Below are positions 9,230 through 17,883 of a stretch of 64,000 nucleotides of DNA, piece after piece; position 1 is the stretch's first letter; every line of letters starts with the position of its first letter. The DNA comes from Sandaracinaceae bacterium (lineage in GTDB: Bacteria; Myxococcota_A; Polyangia; Polyangiales; Sandaracinaceae): NCBI GenBank assembly GCA_044220955.1, contig JBGAQA010000002.1:1-64000 (forward strand), given 5' to 3'. The notes beneath the pieces were generated by a model that was given only the letters and a program-made list of their open reading frames with translations, was not told where the DNA came from and ran no database searches. The translations under genes were made by a program, and so were the position numbers.

Positions 9230-11014
9230 ATGAGGTGGCTCTCGTTCGTCGGACTCTCGGCGGGCCTCTGGCTCGCGTCTTGCGCGTCGCCGCGCCCGGC
9301 ATCGCAGGTCCTGGTGTTCGTGGACGCGCAGCCCCTGGTCCGCGGCACCGCGGCGCACGTCGTGATCGAGGTCTCGGGTGGGCACCCCGGCGAGACGTTC
9401 ACGATGTCGGGCCCGCCGCTCGAGCACCGCCCGCCGCTCGCGTGGCCCTTCGACGTGACGATCGTGCCGGCGGGCGGGGACGTGTCGCGCATCTTCGAGA
9501 TCCAGGCGACGGCCTACGATTCCGGCGAGCACCTCGTGAGCCAGACACGTCTTCGCGCAGGGTTCGTGCGAGGGGAGTCGCGACGCACGACCCTCGTCCT
9601 CGAGGACGCGTGCTTCGGTGTGTCGTGCGACGAGGGCCTGGTCTGCTCGTCGGGGCGCTGCGTGCCCTTGATGATGATGTCCGGCGACGACGCGGGCATG
9701 CCCGACGCGGGGGTGGACGGGGGAGGTACCGAGCGCTGCGCGAACGACGTGGACTGCGACGACGGGAACCTCTGCAACGGCCTCGAGCGATGCACGGCGG
9801 GCACGTGCGGAGCCGGAACACGCCTCGACTGTGACGACCACGTCGAGTGCACGCGCGACACGTGCGACGGAAACGCCTGCGTTCACGACCTCGACGACAC
9901 CCGCTGCACGTTCGACACCGGTGGCCACTGTGACCCGGTCAACGACTGCCAGTACGCGGTATGCGGTCCGACCAACTGCGTGTCGGCGGGGTGCCAGACG
10001 GCGAGGTGCCGAGGCGCGGTCTGCGTCCGGGAGTTCGCGTGCGCGACCGGCCAGAGCTGCTGCGGCACGAGCTGCGTGCCGACGGGCTGCGACGACGCCG
10101 ACCAGTGCACGACCGACTTCTGCGGGATGAGCGGGACGTGCGAGCACGTCGTCCGGACCGGCCCCTGCGACGATCACGACGTCTGCACGAGCGGTGAGCA
10201 GTGCGACCCGGCGGGCGCGTGCAGGGCGAGCAACCCGCCGATGGTCTGCGACGACGGCAATCCGTGCACGGACGACCGGTGCGATCCCGTCCGCGCCTGC
10301 GTCTCGGCGCCCAACGCGGCGGGCTGCAGCGACGGGAACCCGTGCACTCGCGACGACCTCTGTGGCGGTGGCGTGTGCGTCGCCGGCCCTCCGCCCTCGT
10401 GCGACGACGGGATCGCGTGCACGGCGGACAGCTGCGATGCGACCGGTGCATGCGCACACAGGGCCGACGACGTGATCTGCGGGGCTGGGTTTCGCTGTGA
10501 TCCGGCGCTCGGCTGCCAGCCGACCAGCGCGTGCACCATGACGAACTGCCAGCCGACGCCGGGCGCGTGCGAGATGGCCGCTTGCTCGGGCGCGACGTGC
10601 ATGCGCTCGACGACGTGCACCACCGGGACCACGTGCTGCGGCGGTGCGTGCGTGCCGACGGGATGCGACGACGGCAACCCCTGCACCGACGACCTGTGCA
10701 ACGGAGTGAGCTGCGTCCACACGAACCACACGCGCGGCTGCTCCGACGGCGACCCGTGCACGATCGGAGACCAGTGCTCGGGCGGCGCGTGCCAGGGCAT
10801 CGCGATGCCCTGCGTCGACCCGAACCCGTGCACGGACGACGTCTGCGTCGCCGGCGTCTGCGAGCATCAGCCCGTCTCCGGGGTGCCCTGCGACGACGGC
10901 AACGCCTGCACCATGGACGACCTCTGCCAGGGCGGCACCTGCTGGGGCAACTTCGGATGCTCGGGTGGGCTGCACTGCTGCGGCGGCTCGTGCGAGCCGC
11001 CGGGGTCCTGCTGA
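9230..11014 (+). CDS. Cys-rich lipoprotein with CDDGNPCTxD (Dictyostelium-type) repeats
   Basis: LASC lipobox; about ten CDDGNxCTxDxC-like repeats. Confidence 0.85.
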   Translation: MRWLSFVGLSAGLWLASCASPRPASQVLVFVDAQPLVRGTAAHVVIEVSGGHPGETFTMSGPPLEHRPPLAWPFDVTIVPAGGDVSRIFEIQATAYDSGEHLVSQTRLRAGFVRGESRRTTLVLEDACFGVSCDEGLVCSSGRCVPLMMMSGDDAGMPDAGVDGGGTERCANDVDCDDGNLCNGLERCTAGTCGAGTRLDCDDHVECTRDTCDGNACVHDLDDTRCTFDTGGHCDPVNDCQYAVCGPTNCVSAGCQTARCRGAVCVREFACATGQSCCGTSCVPTGCDDADQCTTDFCGMSGTCEHVVRTGPCDDHDVCTSGEQCDPAGACRASNPPMVCDDGNPCTDDRCDPVRACVSAPNAAGCSDGNPCTRDDLCGGGVCVAGPPPSCDDGIACTADSCDATGACAHRADDVICGAGFRCDPALGCQPTSACTMTNCQPTPGACEMAACSGATCMRSTTCTTGTTCCGGACVPTGCDDGNPCTDDLCNGVSCVHTNHTRGCSDGDPCTIGDQCSGGACQGIAMPCVDPNPCTDDVCVAGVCEHQPVSGVPCDDGNACTMDDLCQGGTCWGNFGCSGGLHCCGGSCEPPGSC

Positions 11015-11071
11015 CGCATCCGCTCGGCACGGACGTCGCCGCGTCGCTCTCGCCCTCGGCTCGCGCGCTCG

Positions 11072-13345
11072 CTACACGCTCGACGCGCGCAGCGTGACCA
11101 CGGCGACGCCGCCGCGCGTGCGCACCGCGACCGCGATCTGATCCTCGGCGCTCGCTGGGCGCCACGCGACGCTCGGGCCGTCGCCCTCGATCGCGCCCTC
11201 CGCCTCCCAGCGCGTACCGAACGACTCGCGCACGCCGGCGACGGTGACGCGCACGAGCTCGCCCTCGCGCTCGGCGCGCAGCTCGGGCGCGGGTGGCAGG
11301 CTCAGAGGCAGATCCGCCGTGCGGATCGCGCCGCGTGGCGCGCTGTCGCGCCACTGGTCGACGAGGCGCAGGCGGCGCTTGAGCGCGCCGGTCGGCAGGT
11401 ACGCGTCGTCGTCCTCGGCCTCGGCGAGCTGGACGGAGTCGTCCTTCAGCTGGTCGGCCGACGCGCCCATGTCCCAGGGGGCGGGGTCCACGACGAAGCT
11501 CGAGTCGTTGCCCGCGTCGCTCGGCACGCCCGCGTCGCGCCCCGCGTCCGGCGGCGGCGGGTCGACGACGAACCCCGAGTCCGTCGCCGCCCCGGCGTCG
11601 TTGCTCGAGTCCATCAGCTGCCCGGAGTCCTGCGGCACCGGGTCGACCACGAACGACTGCCCACACCCCTCGGTCACCGTCGCCGCCGCGGCGAGCGAGG
11701 CCCCGAGCGTCACGCTCCGCGCCAGCTTCATCAGCTTCGCGCTCGGCGCGAACTTCTCCTTCTCGCGCGGCTCCTCGGTGAGCGCCGCCATCTCGCCGTA
11801 GAGATCGTCGAGCGCCGCGTGCCACTGCCGATCGGCCGCGGACACGTCCAGCGCCAGGCGCGCGGTCAGCGACTCGATCTTCGAGCCCTCGCCGGTGCCC
11901 AGCTCCTGCACCATCTCGATCGCGCGCGAGAAGTGCTCGTACGTGTCGAGCGAGATGGCGCGCGTGAGCAGCCGGGCCCGCTCGCGCAGGCGCTCGGCCC
12001 TCGCGCCCGGGTAGAAGCGCCGCAGGACGTTGCCCGCGTAGCCGAGGCCCATGTAGCGGTTGGCGACGCCGCGCGGCGCGAAGTTGCGCTCGCGGAAGGC
12101 CGCCGAGCACACGCGGAAGAGCAGCTCCGCCGGGTCGTCCTCGATGCGGTAGTTCCAGCCGAGGTAGCTGCCGCCGAGATCCTGCTCGCGCGCGAGCTCG
12201 AGGTGCAGCGGCGTGCCGTGGTAGGGCTCCGCGCGGCAGAAGTTCACCGGGTGCTCCGCGTGGTCCCGGATGAACTCGGCGTTCTCGCGCGCGTGCTCGA
12301 TCGTCGTCTTCGGCTCGAAGACGAGCAGGTTGTAGCAGTTGAAGATCCCCGCCTCCCGGCAGCTCTTGAGCGCCTCGCGCACGTGGTTCTGCTGCGTGCC
12401 GCGCCGGAGGTGGTCGCCGCCCGACTGCGAGGCGTTCTCGACGCCGACGTAGAGCCGGATGACGCCGAGCTCGGCGAGGCTCCTGGCGAGCTCGGGCGTG
12501 ATCGTGTCGGGCCGCGCCTTGCCGACGATGCCGATCGTGCCGACGCCGAAGTCGTCGAGCGCGTCGCGGATCGCCCGCACCCGGGTGAGCGTCTGCGCTG
12601 GCGAGGGCATCGTGAAGTTGTCGTCGTGGAAGCAGAAGATGCAGGGGCCGCCGGCCCGGTGCCAGAGCAGCGCCATCTCCTCGGCGACGTTCTCCGGCGA
12701 GCGCACGCGGAAGAGGCGGCCGCCGCCGTGGTCCCGTCCGTCGCGGTAGAACGCCACGATCGAGCAGTAGCTGCACTTGCTCCAGCACCCCCGCCCGCCG
12801 ACGATCGGCACGAAGGGCACGCCCATGTGCTTGTTGTGCGGGCGATAGCGCTGCGGGAAGGGGAGCGCGTCGAGCTCGTCCGGCATGCGGCGCTCGGCGG
12901 TGCGGAACGCGACGCCGTCGTGCCCGAGCAGCGCGAGGCCCGCGACGTCGTGCAGGCCCCTGCCGCGCTCGATCGCGCGCACGAGGTCCACCACGGTCTC
13001 TTCGCCGTCGTGCAGCACCACCGAGTCGACGCCGAAGTCGCCCTCGAGCACCTCCCGGAACGCGAGCGTCGGGAACTGCGCGCCGCTCGTCACGTGCCCT
13101 CGGTAGCCGGCGCTCCGCAGCGCGCGAGAGAGGCCGAGGAACTCGTGCGCGCGGTGCTGGAACTGGATCGACATCCCGACCATCTCGGGCGCCTCGTCCA
13201 CGATGCGCCGGACGAGCGGCTCCGTGTCCTTGGCGACGTTGAACGGCAGGATGAGCGCCTCGTGGCCCGCTCGCTCCAGACAGGACGCGATGAGGCCGAG
13301 CCCCAGGTTCTCCTCGAAGTCCGCACCGATCAGGATCGCGCGCAT
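11072..13345 (-). CDS. Cobalamin-dependent (class B) radical SAM protein with a C-terminal extension carrying a lipoprotein-like signal and FVVDPxP repeats
   Basis: GGAGG RBS before ATG 13345; B12-binding N-domain (NLGLGLIASCLERAGH, VTSGAQFPT, HDGEET); RGCWSKCSYC at 12764-12787; FHDDNF and YVGVEN motifs. Confidence 0.88.
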   Translation of the reverse strand: MRAILIGADFEENLGLGLIASCLERAGHEALILPFNVAKDTEPLVRRIVDEAPEMVGMSIQFQHRAHEFLGLSRALRSAGYRGHVTSGAQFPTLAFREVLEGDFGVDSVVLHDGEETVVDLVRAIERGRGLHDVAGLALLGHDGVAFRTAERRMPDELDALPFPQRYRPHNKHMGVPFVPIVGGRGCWSKCSYCSIVAFYRDGRDHGGGRLFRVRSPENVAEEMALLWHRAGGPCIFCFHDDNFTMPSPAQTLTRVRAIRDALDDFGVGTIGIVGKARPDTITPELARSLAELGVIRLYVGVENASQSGGDHLRRGTQQNHVREALKSCREAGIFNCYNLLVFEPKTTIEHARENAEFIRDHAEHPVNFCRAEPYHGTPLHLELAREQDLGGSYLGWNYRIEDDPAELLFRVCSAAFRERNFAPRGVANRYMGLGYAGNVLRRFYPGARAERLRERARLLTRAISLDTYEHFSRAIEMVQELGTGEGSKIESLTARLALDVSAADRQWHAALDDLYGEMAALTEEPREKEKFAPSAKLMKLARSVTLGASLAAAATVTEGCGQSFVVDPVPQDSGQLMDSSNDAGAATDSGFVVDPPPPDAGRDAGVPSDAGNDSSFVVDPAPWDMGASADQLKDDSVQLAEAEDDDAYLPTGALKRRLRLVDQWRDSAPRGAIRTADLPLSLPPAPELRAEREGELVRVTVAGVRESFGTRWEAEGAIEGDGPSVAWRPASAEDQIAVAVRTRGGVAVVTLRASSV

Positions 13346-13468
13346 CGAAGCCTCCGCTTTTGGTGGGCCCAGCGTACACGCGGGACCGGTCGCCGTGCGC
13401 GAGCAGATCTCGGGCCAGCTCCGGATGGCACAGCCTGCGCCGTGTGCCCGCACCGCGCGCCTCGCGGC

Positions 13469-15190
13469 TCACGGGGGGAAGCGACGTAGAGGCGCGGGGC
13501 CGACCGAGCGAGTGACGGGCGCGACCGACGCAGGCGGCAGGCGGGCGGGTGCGACGCTCGCCGGCGGGGTCCGCGCACCGGGCGCGAGTGGCGCATCGAA
13601 GTCGACGTCGGGCGGCGGCGCGGGATCGGACGGGGCGACGGGAGGCGGCGGCGCAGGATCCGGCGCGCTCGCGCTCCAGGGCGGCGGCGGCGCGAGGGGG
13701 GCCGGCGCGCTCCCGCTCGGAGTGGCGGCCGACGTGGTGGGCCCCGGAGGGCGATGCACCCGCCCGTGCGGTGCGGCGGGCCTCGTCGGCGGCGGAGCGA
13801 CCTCGGGCGCGACCGCGGACGGCGGCGCGGAGGGCACGCTCGTCGCGGGCGCGACGCTCGCTGCCGGGGCGGGGGCCGGCGGGCTCCCGTAGTGCTCGTA
13901 GTAATAGGTACCGAACGTCGCCGCGAAGAGCGCGAGCACGCCGAGCGTCGTGACGACGAGCACCACGGTCGAGCGGCTCGGCGCGCGCGGCACCCCGCTC
14001 ACGTCCGAGAGACGCACGCGGCTCTCGTCCTCGCCCTCGCCGGAGTCGCTCGCGGTCGGGCGCTCGGGTCGGGCGGCACGGGTCGGCGCGTCGTCCGCCT
14101 CGACGTAGGCCGGCAGCTCGCGCGTGAGCGCGTTCATCGCGTCGGCGCGCCGCACGACGTCGGCGGGCTTGACCTGCAGCGCGCGCGTGACCGCCGGCGG
14201 CGCGCTCCGCCGCTCGCGCTCGATGTCCTCTTGCATCACCGACACGAGCAGCGCCCCGAGGTCGTCGGGCTCGACCCGCGTCGCCTTCGGACAGGCGTTG
14301 CCGAGCGCGCGCCGGAACGCCTGCGCGGTCCGGTAGCGCGCGTCCGGATCGGGCGCGAGGGCCGTCATCACGGCGTGGTCGAGGTCGTCGCCGATGCTCG
14401 GCACCCACGTGCGCGGCCCGACGATGTGGGGGGTGCGCACGGCCTCGAGCGCGGCGAAGTCGTCCTGCTCCGTGAAGAGGCGGCGGTGCGTGAGCGCCTC
14501 CCAGAGCACGATGCCGAGCGCGTAGACGTCGCTCCGCCGATCGATCGGGCGCCCCCACGCCTGCTCGGGCGCCATGTAGCGGATCTTGCCCTTGAGCGAG
14601 GCGCCCGTGGTGTCGCGCGTACGGCCGGCGGCCTTCGCGACGCCGAAGTCGATGAGCTTCACGTGGCCGTCGTAGGCGAGCAGCACGTTCTGGGGCGACA
14701 CGTCGCGGTGGACCACACCGAGCGGCTGCCCGTTCTCGTCCTTCACCTCGTGCGCCGCGTGCAGACCGTCGGCGAGCTTCATCGCGATGTGCACCGCGAG
14801 ATCGACGGCGAGCCCGCGCTTCTGCTGGATGAGCCGGAGCAAGAACTGCGAGAGCGTGCAGCCGTGGACGTACTCCATGGCGAGGTAGAACATGCCCTTC
14901 GCCTCGCCCAGTTCCTCGGTGTGCACGACGTTCGGGTGCTGGATGCGCGCGGCCAGGCGCGCCTCGTCGAGGAACATCTCGATGAAGCTCGGATCGCTCG
15001 CGAGGTGCGCGTGCACCACCTTGATGGCCACGTGCCGCGCGAACCCCGCGGGCCCGATCCGCCTGCCGAGGAAGAGCGTGGCCATGCCTCCCGCGCGCAA
15101 GGGCGCGATGATCTCGTAGGGTCCGAGGCGCGAGCCCGGCCCCAAGCTCGGCGGAATCGAGAAGGCGGGCACGCGCGGCAAGCCTATCAT
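13469..15190 (-). CDS. Membrane-anchored Ser/Thr protein kinase with Pro-rich tail
   Basis: AGGMA, VAIK, HRDVSPQN, DFG, YMAPE; TM VVLVVTTLGVLALFAA; start approximate. Confidence 0.92.
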   Translation of the reverse strand: MIGLPRVPAFSIPPSLGPGSRLGPYEIIAPLRAGGMATLFLGRRIGPAGFARHVAIKVVHAHLASDPSFIEMFLDEARLAARIQHPNVVHTEELGEAKGMFYLAMEYVHGCTLSQFLLRLIQQKRGLAVDLAVHIAMKLADGLHAAHEVKDENGQPLGVVHRDVSPQNVLLAYDGHVKLIDFGVAKAAGRTRDTTGASLKGKIRYMAPEQAWGRPIDRRSDVYALGIVLWEALTHRRLFTEQDDFAALEAVRTPHIVGPRTWVPSIGDDLDHAVMTALAPDPDARYRTAQAFRRALGNACPKATRVEPDDLGALLVSVMQEDIERERRSAPPAVTRALQVKPADVVRRADAMNALTRELPAYVEADDAPTRAARPERPTASDSGEGEDESRVRLSDVSGVPRAPSRSTVVLVVTTLGVLALFAATFGTYYYEHYGSPPAPAPAASVAPATSVPSAPPSAVAPEVAPPPTRPAAPHGRVHRPPGPTTSAATPSGSAPAPLAPPPPWSASAPDPAPPPPVAPSDPAPPPDVDFDAPLAPGARTPPASVAPARLPPASVAPVTRSVGPAPLRRFPP

Positions 15191-15383
15191 CGTCCGCGAT
15201 GACCCAGACCGCGAGTGCCGACGAGGGGACGGGGCGAGGACCGGCTGCAGCTCACCCGCTCGGGCAGCGGTTCGCGCACGCCAAGACCGAGCGCGTCGGC
15301 CCGGACACCATCGCGCTGACGCGCGCTCTCGCTCCGCGCGTGCCCGCCGGGTGCGACGCAGCGAGCGCGTCCGCGACGCCGCG

Positions 15384-15414
15384 TGGTTGCACTGGTAGGC
15401 CCCGAATGTAACCA
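15384..15414 (+). promoter_or_regulatory. Imperfect inverted repeat over the putative promoter of TA module 1
   Basis: TGGTTGCA (15384-15391) and TGTAACCA (15407-15414), one mismatch; contains -35-like TTGCAC. Confidence 0.45.
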
Positions 15415-15421
15415 TGAGCTC

Positions 15422-15673
15422 ATGCGCGGCCTCACGCTCCGCAACCTCGATGACACCACCCTCGGCTGGCTGCGCGAGCGCGCGGAGAGCCACGGCCGGA
15501 GCATGAACGCAGAGCTGCTCGATATCCTGCAGACGACGCGCGGCGACGAGCTCGTCGCGCGCCGGAGAGGCCCCGTCGCGGCCAGCGCGCGCCGCGCCAA
15601 GGCGCTCGGCATCCGGACGTCGCGATCGAGCGCCGACATCGCCCGCGCGATGCGAGACGCGCGGAGCAGATGA
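15422..15673 (+). CDS. FitA/Arc-like ribbon-helix-helix antitoxin
   Basis: MRGLTLRNLDD...LRERAESHGRSMNAELLDIL; ATGA overlap with PIN toxin. Confidence 0.85.
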   Translation: MRGLTLRNLDDTTLGWLRERAESHGRSMNAELLDILQTTRGDELVARRRGPVAASARRAKALGIRTSRSSADIARAMRDARSR

Positions 15674-16056
15674 CGCCCTGCGTAGTCGACGCGTCCGCCG
15701 TCGCCGCCGTGCTCTTCCGCGAGCCGGACCACGCCCTCGTGACGCTCGCGATACCGGCGGACGCGAGGCTCGTGGCACCGGCGCTCCTCCCGCTCGAGGT
15801 CGCGAACGTGGCACGAACCAAGGTGCGTCGCGGCGAGCTGGCGCGCGCCGACGCGGTGGCGATGCTGGCGGACCTCGCGCGCTGGCGCGTCCGCACGGTC
15901 TCGGTGCCGTGGGCTCGTGCGTGGAAGCTCGCGTGGGCGCACGACCTCACGATCTACGACGCTGCGTACCTGCACGTGGCGATCGCGCGCGATGCGCCCC
16001 TCGTCACGCTCGACGCCGACCTGCGCAAGGCGGCAGGCAAGCGCGCGCGCCCGTGA
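15670..16056 (+). CDS. vapC: VapC/PIN-domain toxin
   Basis: VVDASA...EVAN...TIYDAAYL...LVTLD acidic PIN residues. Confidence 0.9.
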   Translation: MTPCVVDASAVAAVLFREPDHALVTLAIPADARLVAPALLPLEVANVARTKVRRGELARADAVAMLADLARWRVRTVSVPWARAWKLAWAHDLTIYDAAYLHVAIARDAPLVTLDADLRKAAGKRARP

Positions 16057-16640
16057 CGGACGCCCCGGGCCTGAGCTCTCCGCGTGATCGGCGTCGCCGG
16101 CCTGCGCGAGGTGCTGCTGCATCGAGGTCGCTCTCGCTCTCGCTCTCGCTCTCGCTCTCGCTCTCGCTCTCGCTCTCGCTCTCGCTCTCGCTCTCGGCGC
16201 AGGACCTCGCCCTCGGCGATCCGATCTCCGTCCACGGCGTCGAGGTCCGCGGCTTCCGCACGCGCGACGGAGCGCGCGCGCTCCCGCACATCCAGCACCA
16301 CGCCGGCGTACGGATCGCGATCACCTCGAGTCCGCCGTCCCGCGAAGGCGCGCCCGGCACGCCCTTCCCCGTCTGCGGCGTCGTGGGCGCGCGCACCGAG
16401 CTCGCTCTGCCCGGTGTGCGGTCCGAGCGCGTCACCGTTCCCGACGGCGACCCGCTCCACCACCTGATCGCGCCCGCCCGCCCCGCGACGACCTACGTGC
16501 GCGTGTCGATCCCGCGCACCGTCCGCGGCCGCCCACGCCGGGTCACCATCGAGTGGGCCGTGCCGACCGCGCGCCGCGCCGCGACCGCCGCGCTCGAGCA
16601 GGCGTTCTTCGCGTCGATCCGCTGCGCTCCGCCTCGCTGA
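16053..16640 (+). CDS. Hypothetical secreted protein whose signal region is encoded by a hexamer repeat
   Basis: GTG overlaps vapC stop; basic N-terminus, (SL)11S, then AQD; start uncertain. Confidence 0.5.
   Translation: MTDAPGLSSPRDRRRRPARGAAASRSLSLSLSLSLSLSLSLSLSLSLSAQDLALGDPISVHGVEVRGFRTRDGARALPHIQHHAGVRIAITSSPPSREGAPGTPFPVCGVVGARTELALPGVRSERVTVPDGDPLHHLIAPARPATTYVRVSIPRTVRGRPRRVTIEWAVPTARRAATAALEQAFFASIRCAPPR
16128..16196. repeat. Perfect hexamer microsatellite (TCGCTC) x11.5
   Basis: 69-nt uninterrupted run read directly. Confidence 0.97.
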
Positions 16641-16683
16641 CGCAGCAGTAGCGCTCCGGGTGGCGCTTGGCGCGATGAAGGGC

Positions 16684-16708
16684 TCATCTTACTGTTCGGG
16701 TAAGATGA
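16684..16708. promoter_or_regulatory. Perfect 9-bp inverted repeat, probable antitoxin operator
   Basis: TCATCTTAC-N7-GTAAGATGA overlapping the ATG at 16705. Confidence 0.7.
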
Positions 16709-16995
16709 CCCGCGCGACGCGCATGACCAGCAAGGGACAAGTCGTGATCCCGAAGGAGGCGCGTGACCGCCTCCGCTGGCGCGCGGGCGCACGGCTCGAC
16801 GTGGAGGTCGGCAGCGGCGTGGTCGTGCTCCGTGCTGCGCGCGCCAAGCAGGATCCGATCGACCGAGCGTTCGGCTTTCTCGATCGTGGCGACCCGCTCG
16901 CCGCGCTCGAAATCGAGCATCGAGACGAGATTGCCGGCGATGAGCGGCGCCGTCGTCGTGGACGCATGGGCGCTCCTCGGCCTGCTCCGCGGTGA
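16705..16995 (+). CDS. AbrB/MazE/SpoVT-family antitoxin
   Basis: MTSKGQVVIPKEARDRLRW...GARLDV signature. Confidence 0.88.
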   Translation: MTRATRMTSKGQVVIPKEARDRLRWRAGARLDVEVGSGVVVLRAARAKQDPIDRAFGFLDRGDPLAALEIEHRDEIAGDERRRRRGRMGAPRPAPR

Positions 16996-17356
16996 GCAGC
17001 CCGCCGCCGACGTCGTGCGGCGGTACCTGCGCCGCGCACGCAGCGGAAGCCTCCGCGCGTCGATGAGCTGGATCAACGTCGGCGAGGTCTACTATCGCCT
17101 CGCGCAGATCGCGGGCGCTCCGCGAGCCGACGAAGCGCTCGCCCTCGTGCGCGCGCTGCCGATCGAGCTCGTTCAGGCGCGCGACACGACGGTGCTCGAA
17201 GCGGCGCGCCTGAAAGCCAGCTACGCGCTCTCGTACGCGGACGCGTTCGCCGTCGCGACCGCGAGGCGCGCACGCGCACCGGTGCTGACCGGCGATCCCG
17301 AGATCCTGGCCCTCCCGCGCAGCGTGGTCGCCGTCCGGCGACTCGATCGAGGCTAA
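16940..17356 (+). CDS. vapC: VapC/PIN-domain toxin
   Basis: VVDAWALL...INVGEVYY...LSYADAFA...LTGDPE. Confidence 0.9.
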   Translation: MSGAVVVDAWALLGLLRGEQPAADVVRRYLRRARSGSLRASMSWINVGEVYYRLAQIAGAPRADEALALVRALPIELVQARDTTVLEAARLKASYALSYADAFAVATARRARAPVLTGDPEILALPRSVVAVRRLDRG

Positions 17357-17374
17357 CCCTGCGCGGGCACGTCA

Positions 17375-17780
17375 TCACTCCATCGCGAGCTCGAAGCGCC
17401 CGAAGAGCGAGAGGCGCACGCTCCAGGGCTGGAAGGCCGAGAAGCCGGCCGAGAAGTTCCAGGGCGCGAGGTCGTACGCGACCTCCACGCCGCCACCGAG
17501 CGGCGCGTCGAGCTGCGGGTCGGTGCGGACGAAGCCGATCACCGTGCCCTGCGCGACCTGCGGCAGACTGCAGGGGCCACCGCAGCCGCCGGTCGGCTCG
17601 GGGTACGCATCGATGCCGGTGGGGATCGCCCACGCGACGAGCCTGCCGCCGACGTCCACGTAGGTCAGGACGCGGACGGCAACGGATGCGTCGAGCGTGA
17701 CGCGGCGCCCGAGCGCGCCGGCGCTTACCGAGTGGGACTTCCACCCGTAGGAGAAGCGCAGCGAGAAGATCGCGGCTCTA
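17375..17780 (-). pseudogene. Possible 5'-truncated fragment of a beta-strand-rich (outer-membrane-like) protein
   Basis: Frame stays open upstream of GTG 17659 with amphipathic strands (IFSLRFSYGW, GVEVAYDL, LSLFGRFEL) but no nearby start codon or signal peptide. Confidence 0.35.
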
Positions 17781-17883
17781 CCGATTGCTCGGTTTCGCCG
17801 TCCTCTTCGACGCGACGCACCACGCGCGGCGAGTCCAGCTCGTCCCGGTTGACACGCGGAGCGTTCGAGCCCGTCATGTCCGG

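Noticed and set aside
9230..11014. Cys-rich protein as substrate of the neighbouring radical SAM
   Set aside because: Convergent orientation, a common secreted repeat family, and the enzyme has a better candidate substrate in its own tail
9939..14558. 1539-aa minus-strand ORF and many similar long Arg/Ala/Gly-rich ORFs
   Set aside because: Off-frame or antisense shadows of real genes caused by stop-codon scarcity at very high GC; no motifs
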